64,000 bases of DNA from an uncultured Pelagibacteraceae bacterium. Lineage in GTDB: Bacteria > Pseudomonadota > Alphaproteobacteria > Pelagibacterales > Pelagibacteraceae. The translations under genes and the position numbers were made by a program. The stretch's first letter is position 1, and every line of letters begins with the position of its first letter. Positions 18,551 through 27,236 of this stretch are shown here, piece by piece. The stretch is taken from the NCBI GenBank assembly GCA_902576565.1, contig CACGVK010000001.1, forward strand, positions 305 to 64,304, read 5' to 3'. A model generated the notes under the pieces. The model worked only from the letters and a program-made list of their open reading frames with translations, was not told where the DNA came from and did no database searches.

Positions 18551-19867
18551 ATGGCTAAAAAAAGAACTTCAAGTTCTGGTGCTACTAACAAAAAACTACC
18601 TCTAAATCAGTCAATACCATTGGGCATTCAACATGTATTTGCTATGTTTGCTGGAAATATAACAGTTCCATTGATTGTTGCTGGTGTTTTTGGAGTAACT
18701 ACTGGAGAAAAAATATTTTTAATTCAAATGGCATTGTTTGCTGCAGGTGTAGCGACAATAATTCAAACAGTTGGCTATAAAAATGTAGGATCTAGACTTC
18801 CAATCATTCAAGGTACAAGTTTTGCTTTCATTCCAATAATGTTACCTTTTAAGGCATTCGGTTTAGGAGCAATATTTACTGCTGCTTTTATAGGTGGAAT
18901 ATTTCAAATATGGATTGGTAAAATGTTAAAACCAATTAGACATATGTTTCCACCCCTTGTAACAGGCGTAGTTGTTTTAATGATTGGATTTAGTCTATTA
19001 AAAGTTGGTTTCAAATATGCAGGTGGTGGAGTTTGGTTAATGAATAACAAACCAGAAATTTTTGCAAATTGGCATCATTTATCAATTGCAGGTACTGTTC
19101 TAATCGTTGCTCTTTTAGCAAATATAAGAGGAAAAGGAATGGTATCTTCTGCTTCTATTCTTATTGGAATTATAGCTGGCTTTATAGTTGCAGCTATGCT
19201 TGGCGAAATAAGGTGGGGAAAAATTGCAGCAGCAGGATGGTTTGCATTTCCAATGCCTTTACAATATGGAATTGATTTTGTTTGGGGTGCAGTAATTTTA
19301 ATGTTGTTTATGTCAATTGTTACCACAATTGAAACAATCGGAGATATAAGTGCAACAACAATGGGAGGCGCTAATAGAGAGGCTACTGATAAAGAACTTT
19401 CAGGAGGTATAATGGCCGATGGAGTGGGAACAGCATTTGCTTCAATTTTTAATGCTATGCCAAATACATCTTATTCACAAAATGCAGGTTTAGTTGCTTT
19501 CACTGGAGTGATAAGTAGACATGTTGGAACTGTCGCTGGTGTTATTTTAATTTTGCTAGGTTTATTTCCTAAACTTGGCGGAATTATCGCGGCAATGCCG
19601 GACTCAGTAATTGGTGGTGCAGCTATAATCATGTTTGGATTAATTGTTGGAGCTGGAATAAAATTAATTTCAAAATCTGAGATGAGTCAGAGAAATGTTT
19701 TAATACTTGCCCTATCTCTATCTTTTGGTGTTGGCCTTAATGCTTTTCCTGAGTTTGTTGCTCATATACCAGACTTTGGAATAAAATTGAAACTATTGTT
19801 AACTACTGGTTTAATTCCAGCAGGATTATTAGCGTTTGTTCTTAACGCAATTTTACCAAAAAAATAA
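18551..19867 (+). CDS. NCS2/NAT family xanthine/uric acid permease
   Basis: GIQHVFAMF, LPIIQGTSFAF, ETIGD, NAT signature SYSQNAGLVAFTGV.SR. Confidence 0.92.
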   Translation: MAKKRTSSSGATNKKLPLNQSIPLGIQHVFAMFAGNITVPLIVAGVFGVTTGEKIFLIQMALFAAGVATIIQTVGYKNVGSRLPIIQGTSFAFIPIMLPFKAFGLGAIFTAAFIGGIFQIWIGKMLKPIRHMFPPLVTGVVVLMIGFSLLKVGFKYAGGGVWLMNNKPEIFANWHHLSIAGTVLIVALLANIRGKGMVSSASILIGIIAGFIVAAMLGEIRWGKIAAAGWFAFPMPLQYGIDFVWGAVILMLFMSIVTTIETIGDISATTMGGANREATDKELSGGIMADGVGTAFASIFNAMPNTSYSQNAGLVAFTGVISRHVGTVAGVILILLGLFPKLGGIIAAMPDSVIGGAAIIMFGLIVGAGIKLISKSEMSQRNVLILALSLSFGVGLNAFPEFVAHIPDFGIKLKLLLTTGLIPAGLLAFVLNAILPKK

Positions 19868-19882
19868 ATTAAATCGTTTATA

Positions 19883-19906
19883 CTTGTGGGGAGAGATCCC
19901 CACAAG
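19883..19906. terminator. Hairpin between convergent genes (probable bidirectional terminator)
   Basis: CTTGTGGGGA-GAGA-TCCCCACAAG, a perfect 10-bp stem. Confidence 0.75.
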
Positions 19907-19919
19907 CAAGGTTTAAAAC

Positions 19920-20366
19920 TTATTTAATATCAATAAGTTTTTTCTTTTTGTATTCAGGCACTATTCTTTCACAGGCAATTGTTAAAAGACCATCTTTAAG
20001 CTCTGCTCCACCTACTTTTACATCATCTGCAATTGTAAATGATCTAGCAAATTGTCTTTGAGAAATACCTTTATGAATAATTTCCCCATTTTTATTTTTA
20101 TCTTCAGATTTATTAACCTGTTTAGTTCTTACAGTTAACAAATTGTCTTCAAACTCAACCTCAACATCATTTTTATTAAAACCAGCAAGAGCAACTTCTA
20201 TTGAGTATTTGTCTTTTCCAGTTTTTCTTATGTTGTAAGGCGGATAATTTGACTGAACAGTCAAATTACCATTACCCAACATATTTTCAAATTGATCAAA
20301 CATATCATCAAAACCAATTGAAAAAGGCCGTAGTGAGTTGAATATAGATAGATCCTTACTTGTCAT
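19920..20366 (-). CDS. ibpA: Small heat shock protein (Hsp20, IbpA family)
   Basis: IGFD, NYPPYNI, IEVALAGF, HKGISQRQF.RSF and A.LKDGLLTI. Confidence 0.93.
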   Translation of the reverse strand: MTSKDLSIFNSLRPFSIGFDDMFDQFENMLGNGNLTVQSNYPPYNIRKTGKDKYSIEVALAGFNKNDVEVEFEDNLLTVRTKQVNKSEDKNKNGEIIHKGISQRQFARSFTIADDVKVGGAELKDGLLTIACERIVPEYKKKKLIDIK

Positions 20367-20421
20367 ATATATCCTCCTTTTTAAGCAAGTTTATTTAAGC
20401 AAGCCCCATTAGGCGACTTAC
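20367..20421 (-). promoter_or_regulatory. ROSE-like RNA thermometer in the ibpA 5' UTR
   Basis: Minus strand has a first hairpin GTAAGTCGCC-TAAT-GGGGCTTGC, then CTTGCTT-AAA-AAGGAG pairing the SD with a bulged G (the U(U/C)GCU ROSE hallmark). Confidence 0.7.
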
Positions 20422-20428
20422 AAATGTT

Positions 20429-20456
20429 ATTTAGAAATTAAAATTAAATTTTCAAG
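20429..20456 (-). promoter_or_regulatory. RpoH (sigma32)-type promoter for ibpA
   Basis: CTTGAA-N16-CTAAAT on the minus strand, just upstream of the ROSE-like leader. Confidence 0.65.
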
Positions 20457-20462
20457 TGGTAT

Positions 20463-22538
20463 TTATATCTTATTTGAAATTTTTAAGGCGAAGGCATAGT
20501 CAAATGCGATTTCTTCTATAGCACCATCCCTCCCTGATTTTCCGCCATGACCAGCATTCATCTCTGTTTTTAAAAGTAATAGATTGTTATCAGTTTTTAA
20601 ATCTCTTAGTTTTGCTGTAAATTTTGCAGGCTCATCAAATAAAACTCTATTGTCACTCAAACTTGTAGTTATTAATAAATGCGGATAATCCATTTTTTTA
20701 ATATTGTTATATGGTGCATAGGAATAAATATAATTGAAATGTTCTTTATTTTCTTTTGCATTTCCAAATTCATCAAATTCACCTACGGTTAAAGGCAAAG
20801 AATGATCTAAATTAGTTGTTAAAGAATCTACAAAAGGTACAGCCATAATTATTCCTAAAAATAATTCTGGAGTTTGATTAACCACAGCTCCCATTAAAAG
20901 ACCTCCAGCTGAGCCCCCCATGCCTATAATTTTTTTTTTGGATGTATAATTTTTATCAATAAGAAATTTGCCAACTGCAATGTAATCCTCAAAAGTATTT
21001 TTTTTATTTAGTAGTTTTCCTTCTTTCCACCATTTCATTCCTCTTTCCATTCCGCCTCTAATATGTGCAGTTACCCATATTATATCTCTATCAATTAGAC
21101 TAAACCTAGTTGATGAAAATCCTGGAGACATAGAATTTCCATAAGAACCATATCCATATAACATTAAGTTTGCTGAACCATCTATCTTAGTTTTTTTATG
21201 TCTTGTAATTGTTATTGGCACCATTCTTCCGTCATGGGAAGGACACTCTAGTCTTTCAACAATATAATTTTCAGAATTATGACCTGAAGGGATTTCTTGT
21301 TCTTTTACTAACTTTTTTTGTTTAGTTTTTAAGTTATATAAAAATGTTTTTCCTGGTGTTTTTGGAGAAGAATAAGAAAGATAAACTTCATCTGTATTTC
21401 GATCTCTTTGCTTAAAAGAAACTCCAGGCACAATTACTTTTTCATCAACAAATTTTAATTCCTTTTCTTCATTTGTTGTTGGATTTCTTATAATTAATTT
21501 ACCAAGAGCATTTGAAGTTTCTGATCTGATAATCCAATTATTTAAAAATGCCAGGTTACCAATTAATACTTCATCTTTAGCAGGAATAAATTCCTGCCAG
21601 TTTTGATTTGAAAGATCATCACAAAAGTCAATTTTAAAATCTTCAGCATCTTCATTGGTATGCATATAAAAATATTTATTCCATGAATTTACTGAGTATA
21701 TGACACCTTTTTTCCTTTCCTTAATAATTTTAGGTTTTGGATTTTTTTCATCTACACCAAAATAATATTGTTCAGACGTATTATGATCTGAGGTTGTTAT
21801 AAAATAGTACTTTTCATCTGAACTAATGCCAATGCCAACTGTAAATGCTTCACTTTTTTCCTCAAAAATTAATTGATCATCTTGAATTGATGTACCAATT
21901 TTGTGTCTTAATATTTTTCTTGGTCTATGATTTTTATCTAACTTTGAGTAATAAACATATTTATCATCTAAACTAAAATTTATGCTTCCACTTGTTTCTT
22001 CAATATTTTCTGTAATTAATTTATTAGATTTAATATCTCTTATATAAATTGTATAATATTCAGATCCTTTTAAATCTAAAGAATATCCAAGATATTTATC
22101 ATTATAGCTTACCTCAAGATCGCCAAGTCCAAAATATTCAGTATTAAGTTTTTGTTTTTCTATATCTCCATTCCAAATTTCTTCAATCTTATCGGAGCCA
22201 ATTTTTTTTCTAAGTTTAATTGAATAATTTCCTTTTGTAGTTGTTTTTGTCCAATATTCATAAACTTTATCTTTAAATGGTAAAGACTCATCCTCTAACT
22301 TTATTCTTCCTTTAATTTCACCAAACAATTTTTTTTGCAGTTCTTTTGTATCTTTTAAATGATATTCTGTATAAGCATTTTCTTCCTCTAAATATTTTCT
22401 AACCTCAGGCAGAAGCTTTGAACTATCTTTAAGTACATCAAGAATATTTTCTTGATGAATCCAACTATAATTGTCCTCCCATGAAACATTGTGACAAGTT
22501 TTTATCTCAGATTTTTTTACTAATTGTGGTATTTTCAT
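20463..22538 (-). CDS. ptrB: Oligopeptidase B (S9A)
   Basis: YLEEENAY, LYGYGSYG, GGSAGG nucleophile, D.RV and AGHGG.SGR. Confidence 0.95.
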   Translation of the reverse strand: MKIPQLVKKSEIKTCHNVSWEDNYSWIHQENILDVLKDSSKLLPEVRKYLEEENAYTEYHLKDTKELQKKLFGEIKGRIKLEDESLPFKDKVYEYWTKTTTKGNYSIKLRKKIGSDKIEEIWNGDIEKQKLNTEYFGLGDLEVSYNDKYLGYSLDLKGSEYYTIYIRDIKSNKLITENIEETSGSINFSLDDKYVYYSKLDKNHRPRKILRHKIGTSIQDDQLIFEEKSEAFTVGIGISSDEKYYFITTSDHNTSEQYYFGVDEKNPKPKIIKERKKGVIYSVNSWNKYFYMHTNEDAEDFKIDFCDDLSNQNWQEFIPAKDEVLIGNLAFLNNWIIRSETSNALGKLIIRNPTTNEEKELKFVDEKVIVPGVSFKQRDRNTDEVYLSYSSPKTPGKTFLYNLKTKQKKLVKEQEIPSGHNSENYIVERLECPSHDGRMVPITITRHKKTKIDGSANLMLYGYGSYGNSMSPGFSSTRFSLIDRDIIWVTAHIRGGMERGMKWWKEGKLLNKKNTFEDYIAVGKFLIDKNYTSKKKIIGMGGSAGGLLMGAVVNQTPELFLGIIMAVPFVDSLTTNLDHSLPLTVGEFDEFGNAKENKEHFNYIYSYAPYNNIKKMDYPHLLITTSLSDNRVLFDEPAKFTAKLRDLKTDNNLLLLKTEMNAGHGGKSGRDGAIEEIAFDYAFALKISNKI

Positions 22539-22553
22539 ATAAGGATTTAATAC

Positions 22554-23063
22554 ATGAATATTTTTTTTTTAGCACTTATTATTTTTGTCATAGTATACAT
22601 TTTTCTTAATTGGTTTGTAAAAACTTCTAGTAAAAAAATTTCAAACGGAATAAGATTTTTAACTATTATTTTATCTGCTATATTAGCAGCAATAATGATT
22701 TATGCTGGTCGTTTTTTATTTTCACTACCATTTTTTTTAATGATCTTGCCATTGATAAAAACTAAAGCTGGTCTGTCTTTATTACAGCTAATAAGGATCT
22801 GGGGTCTTTTGCGAATATTAAAAAATTCTGGCAGATTCAATTTTAATAATATTAACCAAAACTTAAATACACAAAGTATTTCTATTGAGGAGGCATATAA
22901 AATTTTAAACTTAGACCCAGCAAAAAAATACTCAAAAGAAGAAATCTTATTCTCTTATAAAAAAATAATGAAAAAAATTCATCCAGACGTTAGCCCGGAA
23001 CTTTCAAGACTTGCATCCATTGTAAATGAGGCAAAAGAAGTAATTTTAAAAGATTTAAGTTAA
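22554..23063 (+). CDS. Membrane-anchored DnaJ-domain protein
   Basis: N-terminal TM segments; C-terminal J domain EAYKILNL..HPD..VNEAKE. Confidence 0.82.
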   Translation: MNIFFLALIIFVIVYIFLNWFVKTSSKKISNGIRFLTIILSAILAAIMIYAGRFLFSLPFFLMILPLIKTKAGLSLLQLIRIWGLLRILKNSGRFNFNNINQNLNTQSISIEEAYKILNLDPAKKYSKEEILFSYKKIMKKIHPDVSPELSRLASIVNEAKEVILKDLS

Positions 23064-23117
23064 TAAAAAAATTTTTTAATTTTAATTCTATTATGTTAGG
23101 TATATAAAATAATTTTT

Positions 23118-24134
23118 ATGTCAAAAAAAATTGCATTAATTACTGGTATATCTGGTCAAGACGGAGCCTACTTAGCAAAATTTCTGTTAAAAAAAAACTA
23201 TACTGTTATAGGAACTGATAGGCGATCTGCAAGAAGTAATAACTGGAGACTTTTAGACTTAAAAATTTTTGATAAAGTAATTATTGAAGATTTAGATATA
23301 ACCGAAATAAACAATTTAATTAGAATTTTTCAAAAATACAAAATTGACGAAGTATATAATTTAGCTGCACAGTCTTTTGTGAAAAGCTCGTTTGAAAATC
23401 CAATACAAACTTCAATTGTAAATGCATTGTCTCCACTGAGTTTTCTTGAAATTATAAGAAATCAAAAAAATAAAATTAAGTTTTATCAAGCCTCTACTTC
23501 AGAAATGTTTGGAAAACATAAATCAAATAATCAAAATGAGTTGACTAGTTTCCATCCAAGAAGTCCATACGCTACATCAAAAACTTTTGCTCATTATTCT
23601 GTTCAAAATTATAGAGAAGCTTATAAAATATTTGCTGTAAGCGGGATTCTTTTTAATCACGAGTCCCCTCTTAGAGGAGAAGAATTTATTACAAGAAAGA
23701 TTACTATAGGATTATCAAAAATTATATCCGGTAAACAAAAAAAAATTAAATTAGGTAATATTTATGCAAAAAGAGATTGGGGTTTTGCAGGAGATTATGT
23801 TGAAGCAATGTGGAAAATGCTGCAAACTAATAAACCTAAAGATTACGTAATTGCGTCAGGAAAAAATTATAGTGTTAAAGATTTTATTAATACTGCAACA
23901 AAAATATTAAATCTTAAAACAAAATGGGTTGGCAAAGGCTTAAATGAAAAATTGTACAATATTAAAAATAAAAAGGTAATTATAGAAATCGACAAAAAAT
24001 ATTTTCGTCCTACCGAGGTAGAAACACTTAAAGGTGACTATTTAAAAGCAAAAAGAGAATTAAATTGGAAACCAAAAACTAATTTTAAAACTTTAGTCAA
24101 AATGATGGTTGAAGCTGATATGAAAAGAAATTAA
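23118..24134 (+). CDS. gmd: GDP-mannose 4,6-dehydratase
   Basis: ALITGISGQDGAYLA, NLAAQS.V, QASTSEMFG, SPYATSK, FNHESPLRG and KRDWG. Confidence 0.96.
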   Translation: MSKKIALITGISGQDGAYLAKFLLKKNYTVIGTDRRSARSNNWRLLDLKIFDKVIIEDLDITEINNLIRIFQKYKIDEVYNLAAQSFVKSSFENPIQTSIVNALSPLSFLEIIRNQKNKIKFYQASTSEMFGKHKSNNQNELTSFHPRSPYATSKTFAHYSVQNYREAYKIFAVSGILFNHESPLRGEEFITRKITIGLSKIISGKQKKIKLGNIYAKRDWGFAGDYVEAMWKMLQTNKPKDYVIASGKNYSVKDFINTATKILNLKTKWVGKGLNEKLYNIKNKKVIIEIDKKYFRPTEVETLKGDYLKAKRELNWKPKTNFKTLVKMMVEADMKRN

Positions 24135-24146
24135 GTTAAAATTTAA

Positions 24147-25073
24147 GTGGCCAATATTTTAATAATTCAAACAAGACCTGGAATTGGTGATTTATGTATA
24201 TTTTTATCATCTATGCACCAAATAGCAAAGAAAAATGAAAATTCAAATATATTTCTTTTAACAAAAAAAAGGACTCAAGCCAAAAGTATTTTGAAAGATG
24301 ATAATTATATTAAAAATATCTTTTTTATAGATAGGGATGAAAAAAACTCAAAACATTCTGGAATTATGGGTTTCTTTAAATTAGCAAATGAACTTAAAAA
24401 ATTTAATTTTGATAAAGTTTATATTATGCACTCAAGTTTAAGATATTTTCTTTTAGGAAAATTTTTAGGTGCTAAGAAAGTATACTCTTATGGTTTGATA
24501 AAATCTAATGAAAATATATCAAATAAAATTTTCGAAGTTACAAAAAAATGGTTATTAATAAATGATTACCCAACGAACGCAGAAATTAATTTAAAAATTA
24601 ATAATAACAATAGTAACAATATTATAATTGGAATAGGATCGTCCGGCCTAACAAGAAGGTGGTCTAGAGAAAAAATAATAAGTTTAATTAACAAAATTAA
24701 TGAAAAAAAAAGATATACTTTTTTTTTAGTTGCCGGTTTAAATGAAAAAGTGCTAGCTGACGGAATAATTGAAGAATTAGATGGCAAGGCTAATGTTATG
24801 TCATTATGTGAAAAAAGTATTTATGATATAATGCTTAAAATTAAAAATAGTAAGTTATATGTTGGAACTGATTCAGCATTTATGCATATAAGCGCCGCTT
24901 TACAGGTTAAATCTTTTGGTTTATTTGGTGATACACCTGTAAATTATTCAGAGTACTCAAATTTTATAAATCCAATTTTACCTTTAGGATATAAATCAAT
25001 ATCGCATGATTCAAATGCGATGGACAAAATTACAGTAGACCATGTCTTTAATTGTATCAATGATTCAATATAA
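24147..25073 (+). CDS. Glycosyltransferase family 9 (ADP-heptose:LPS heptosyltransferase-like)
   Basis: GIGD, RRW and GTDSAFMHISAAL..GLFG motifs; GTG start. Confidence 0.85.
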   Translation: MANILIIQTRPGIGDLCIFLSSMHQIAKKNENSNIFLLTKKRTQAKSILKDDNYIKNIFFIDRDEKNSKHSGIMGFFKLANELKKFNFDKVYIMHSSLRYFLLGKFLGAKKVYSYGLIKSNENISNKIFEVTKKWLLINDYPTNAEINLKINNNNSNNIIIGIGSSGLTRRWSREKIISLINKINEKKRYTFFLVAGLNEKVLADGIIEELDGKANVMSLCEKSIYDIMLKIKNSKLYVGTDSAFMHISAALQVKSFGLFGDTPVNYSEYSNFINPILPLGYKSISHDSNAMDKITVDHVFNCINDSI

Positions 25074-25130
25074 AATATATAATTTTTTTTATAATCTTTA
25101 CTATAATTTGTTTTTATATAAATTTTAAAA

Positions 25131-26003
25131 ATGAGTAAAATTAAAGGGATTTATGCAGCATCATTATCAATACTTAATGAAAATTTATCTTTAAATATTA
25201 ATAGAACAATTGAACATGCTGAGAAATTAATTGACGATGGTTGTCATGGAGTAGTTATGTTTGGTAGCACCGGACAATCCCAATTGATATCAGTAAGTGA
25301 AAAGATACAATTAATTAACAATCTATCAAAAAGTAAATTTAGAGATAAATTTATAATTGGTACTGGACTAAACTCGTTAGTAGAAACAGTTAATTTTATG
25401 AAAATTTCAAAGTCTTTAAATTTTAAAGATTTTTTAATAATGCCACCAGCTTATTATAAATATGGCGATGAAGAAGTCATAAATTATTACTCAAGAATTA
25501 TTCAGGAAATAGGAGATTGTAGAATAATATTATATAATTTTGAAAAACTTTGTGGTTATAAATTTAGTGATAAATGTGTTGTAGAGTTGGTAAAAAAATT
25601 TACTAAACAAATTGTAGGTGTAAAAGATAGTTCATACAATTTGTTTGAAAAACTTAAAATTAATAATTTTTCAGTTTTGCCTGGATCAGAGAATAAATTA
25701 CTGAAAGGACTTGAACTTGGTTGTTCAGGTATAATAACAGCAACCTGTAACGTAACAGCTCCACTTTCAAGAAAAGTATACGATGATTTTTATGAAGGAA
25801 ATAGCCAAACTATGAATGAAAAATTGTGTGCTGTAAGGAGAGTTTTTGATAAATATAATCTAATTTCAGCTCTTCATACGTATATGTCTGAGAAAGATAA
25901 AATTTATAAAAATGTGCTTCCAATTTTAAGTTTATTGAATGAAAACGACAAAAAAAAATTATTTGAAGAATTAGATAAATTAGATTTTAATACAAATAAT
26001 TAA
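25131..26003 (+). CDS. Dihydrodipicolinate synthase family (class I aldolase/dehydratase)
   Basis: GSTGQ, PPAYY, LYNF and Schiff-base GVKDSS; probably a DapA paralogue. Confidence 0.85.
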   Translation: MSKIKGIYAASLSILNENLSLNINRTIEHAEKLIDDGCHGVVMFGSTGQSQLISVSEKIQLINNLSKSKFRDKFIIGTGLNSLVETVNFMKISKSLNFKDFLIMPPAYYKYGDEEVINYYSRIIQEIGDCRIILYNFEKLCGYKFSDKCVVELVKKFTKQIVGVKDSSYNLFEKLKINNFSVLPGSENKLLKGLELGCSGIITATCNVTAPLSRKVYDDFYEGNSQTMNEKLCAVRRVFDKYNLISALHTYMSEKDKIYKNVLPILSLLNENDKKKLFEELDKLDFNTNN

Positions 26004-26016
26004 AAAATTATCAGAA

Positions 26017-27204
26017 ATGAACTTAAGTCAATTTTGTAAAAATTTAGTTAAAGAAGATGGTTTTGTACTGGTTGATGCAAACTTAAAAGAGTATGTAATT
26101 GGTAAGCCAAAAAAAAATATTCCGATCAAGCTTAAAATTCTTGATAAAAAACTTCATTATAAATTACTTCTTCTTCCAGACCTATATTTTGGTGAAGCTT
26201 ATACAGACGGATCTTTAGTAATTGAAAATGGCACTCTTACTGAATTTTTAGATATAGCCATGAAAAATATTGGAAGAGGAGAAATAAATTTGTACGCTAA
26301 ATTTTTAAAAAAAATCACAGGAACTTACCGTTATATAACAAATTTTAATTTTATCTCAAAATCAAAAAAAAATGTTGCGCATCATTATGATATATCAGAA
26401 AAGCTATATGATTTATTCCTTGATAAAAACAGACAATATTCTTGTGCATATTTTAAAAACTCCTCAGATACTCTTGAAACTGCACAAAATAATAAAATTG
26501 ATCATATAATTAAAAAATTAAATTTAAAGCCTAACCAAAAAGTTTTAGATATTGGGTCTGGTTGGGGTACACTAGCGATCGAAATCGCAAAAAAATCACA
26601 ATGTGAAGTGTTAGGAATAACACTTTCAGAAAATCAACTAGAACACAGTATTAAAAAAGTAAAAGAGTTAAATTTAGAAAACCAAGTTAGTTATAAATTA
26701 ATGGATTATAGAGAGTTAGATGAAAAATTTGATAGAATTGTAAGTGTTGGCATGTTTGAGCATGTAGGTAGAAAATTTTACAATACTTATTTTAAAAAAG
26801 TATCAAATCTTCTTAATGAGGATGGAGTAGCATTAATACATACTATTGGCTCGATTGAACCTCCTAGGGACCCACATCCATGGATATCAAAATATATTTT
26901 TCCAGGTGGATATACGCCAAGTTTAAGTGAGATTATCCCATCAATTGAAAAGTCGGGTTTAATAATATCTGATATGGAGGTTCTAAGAATGCATTATTCC
27001 CATACTCTTAGAAATTGGAAAGAAAGATTTATAGGAAAAAAAGAAAAAGTATTAAGTATGTTTGATGAAAAATTTTTTAGAATGTGGGAATTTTATCTTG
27101 CTGGTTGTGAAATGGCATTTAAATGGGGAGATCAGGTTGTATTTCAATTTCAATTAAGCAAAAAATTAACTTCTGTTCCAAATACAAGAGACTATATTTA
27201 TTAG
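26017..27204 (+). CDS. cfa: Cyclopropane-fatty-acyl-phospholipid synthase family methyltransferase
   Basis: FGEAY.DG, NVAHHYD, YSCAYF, LDIGSGWG, VSVGMFEHVG, YIFPGG and RMWEFYL. Confidence 0.93.
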   Translation: MNLSQFCKNLVKEDGFVLVDANLKEYVIGKPKKNIPIKLKILDKKLHYKLLLLPDLYFGEAYTDGSLVIENGTLTEFLDIAMKNIGRGEINLYAKFLKKITGTYRYITNFNFISKSKKNVAHHYDISEKLYDLFLDKNRQYSCAYFKNSSDTLETAQNNKIDHIIKKLNLKPNQKVLDIGSGWGTLAIEIAKKSQCEVLGITLSENQLEHSIKKVKELNLENQVSYKLMDYRELDEKFDRIVSVGMFEHVGRKFYNTYFKKVSNLLNEDGVALIHTIGSIEPPRDPHPWISKYIFPGGYTPSLSEIIPSIEKSGLIISDMEVLRMHYSHTLRNWKERFIGKKEKVLSMFDEKFFRMWEFYLAGCEMAFKWGDQVVFQFQLSKKLTSVPNTRDYIY

Positions 27205-27236
27205 CTAATTATTGATAAATCTAATTTCACCATCTA

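Noticed and set aside
10049-19867. Purine cluster as an active mobile element
   Set aside because: No integrase, transposase, tRNA or flanking direct repeats are visible, and composition looks similar to the flanks.
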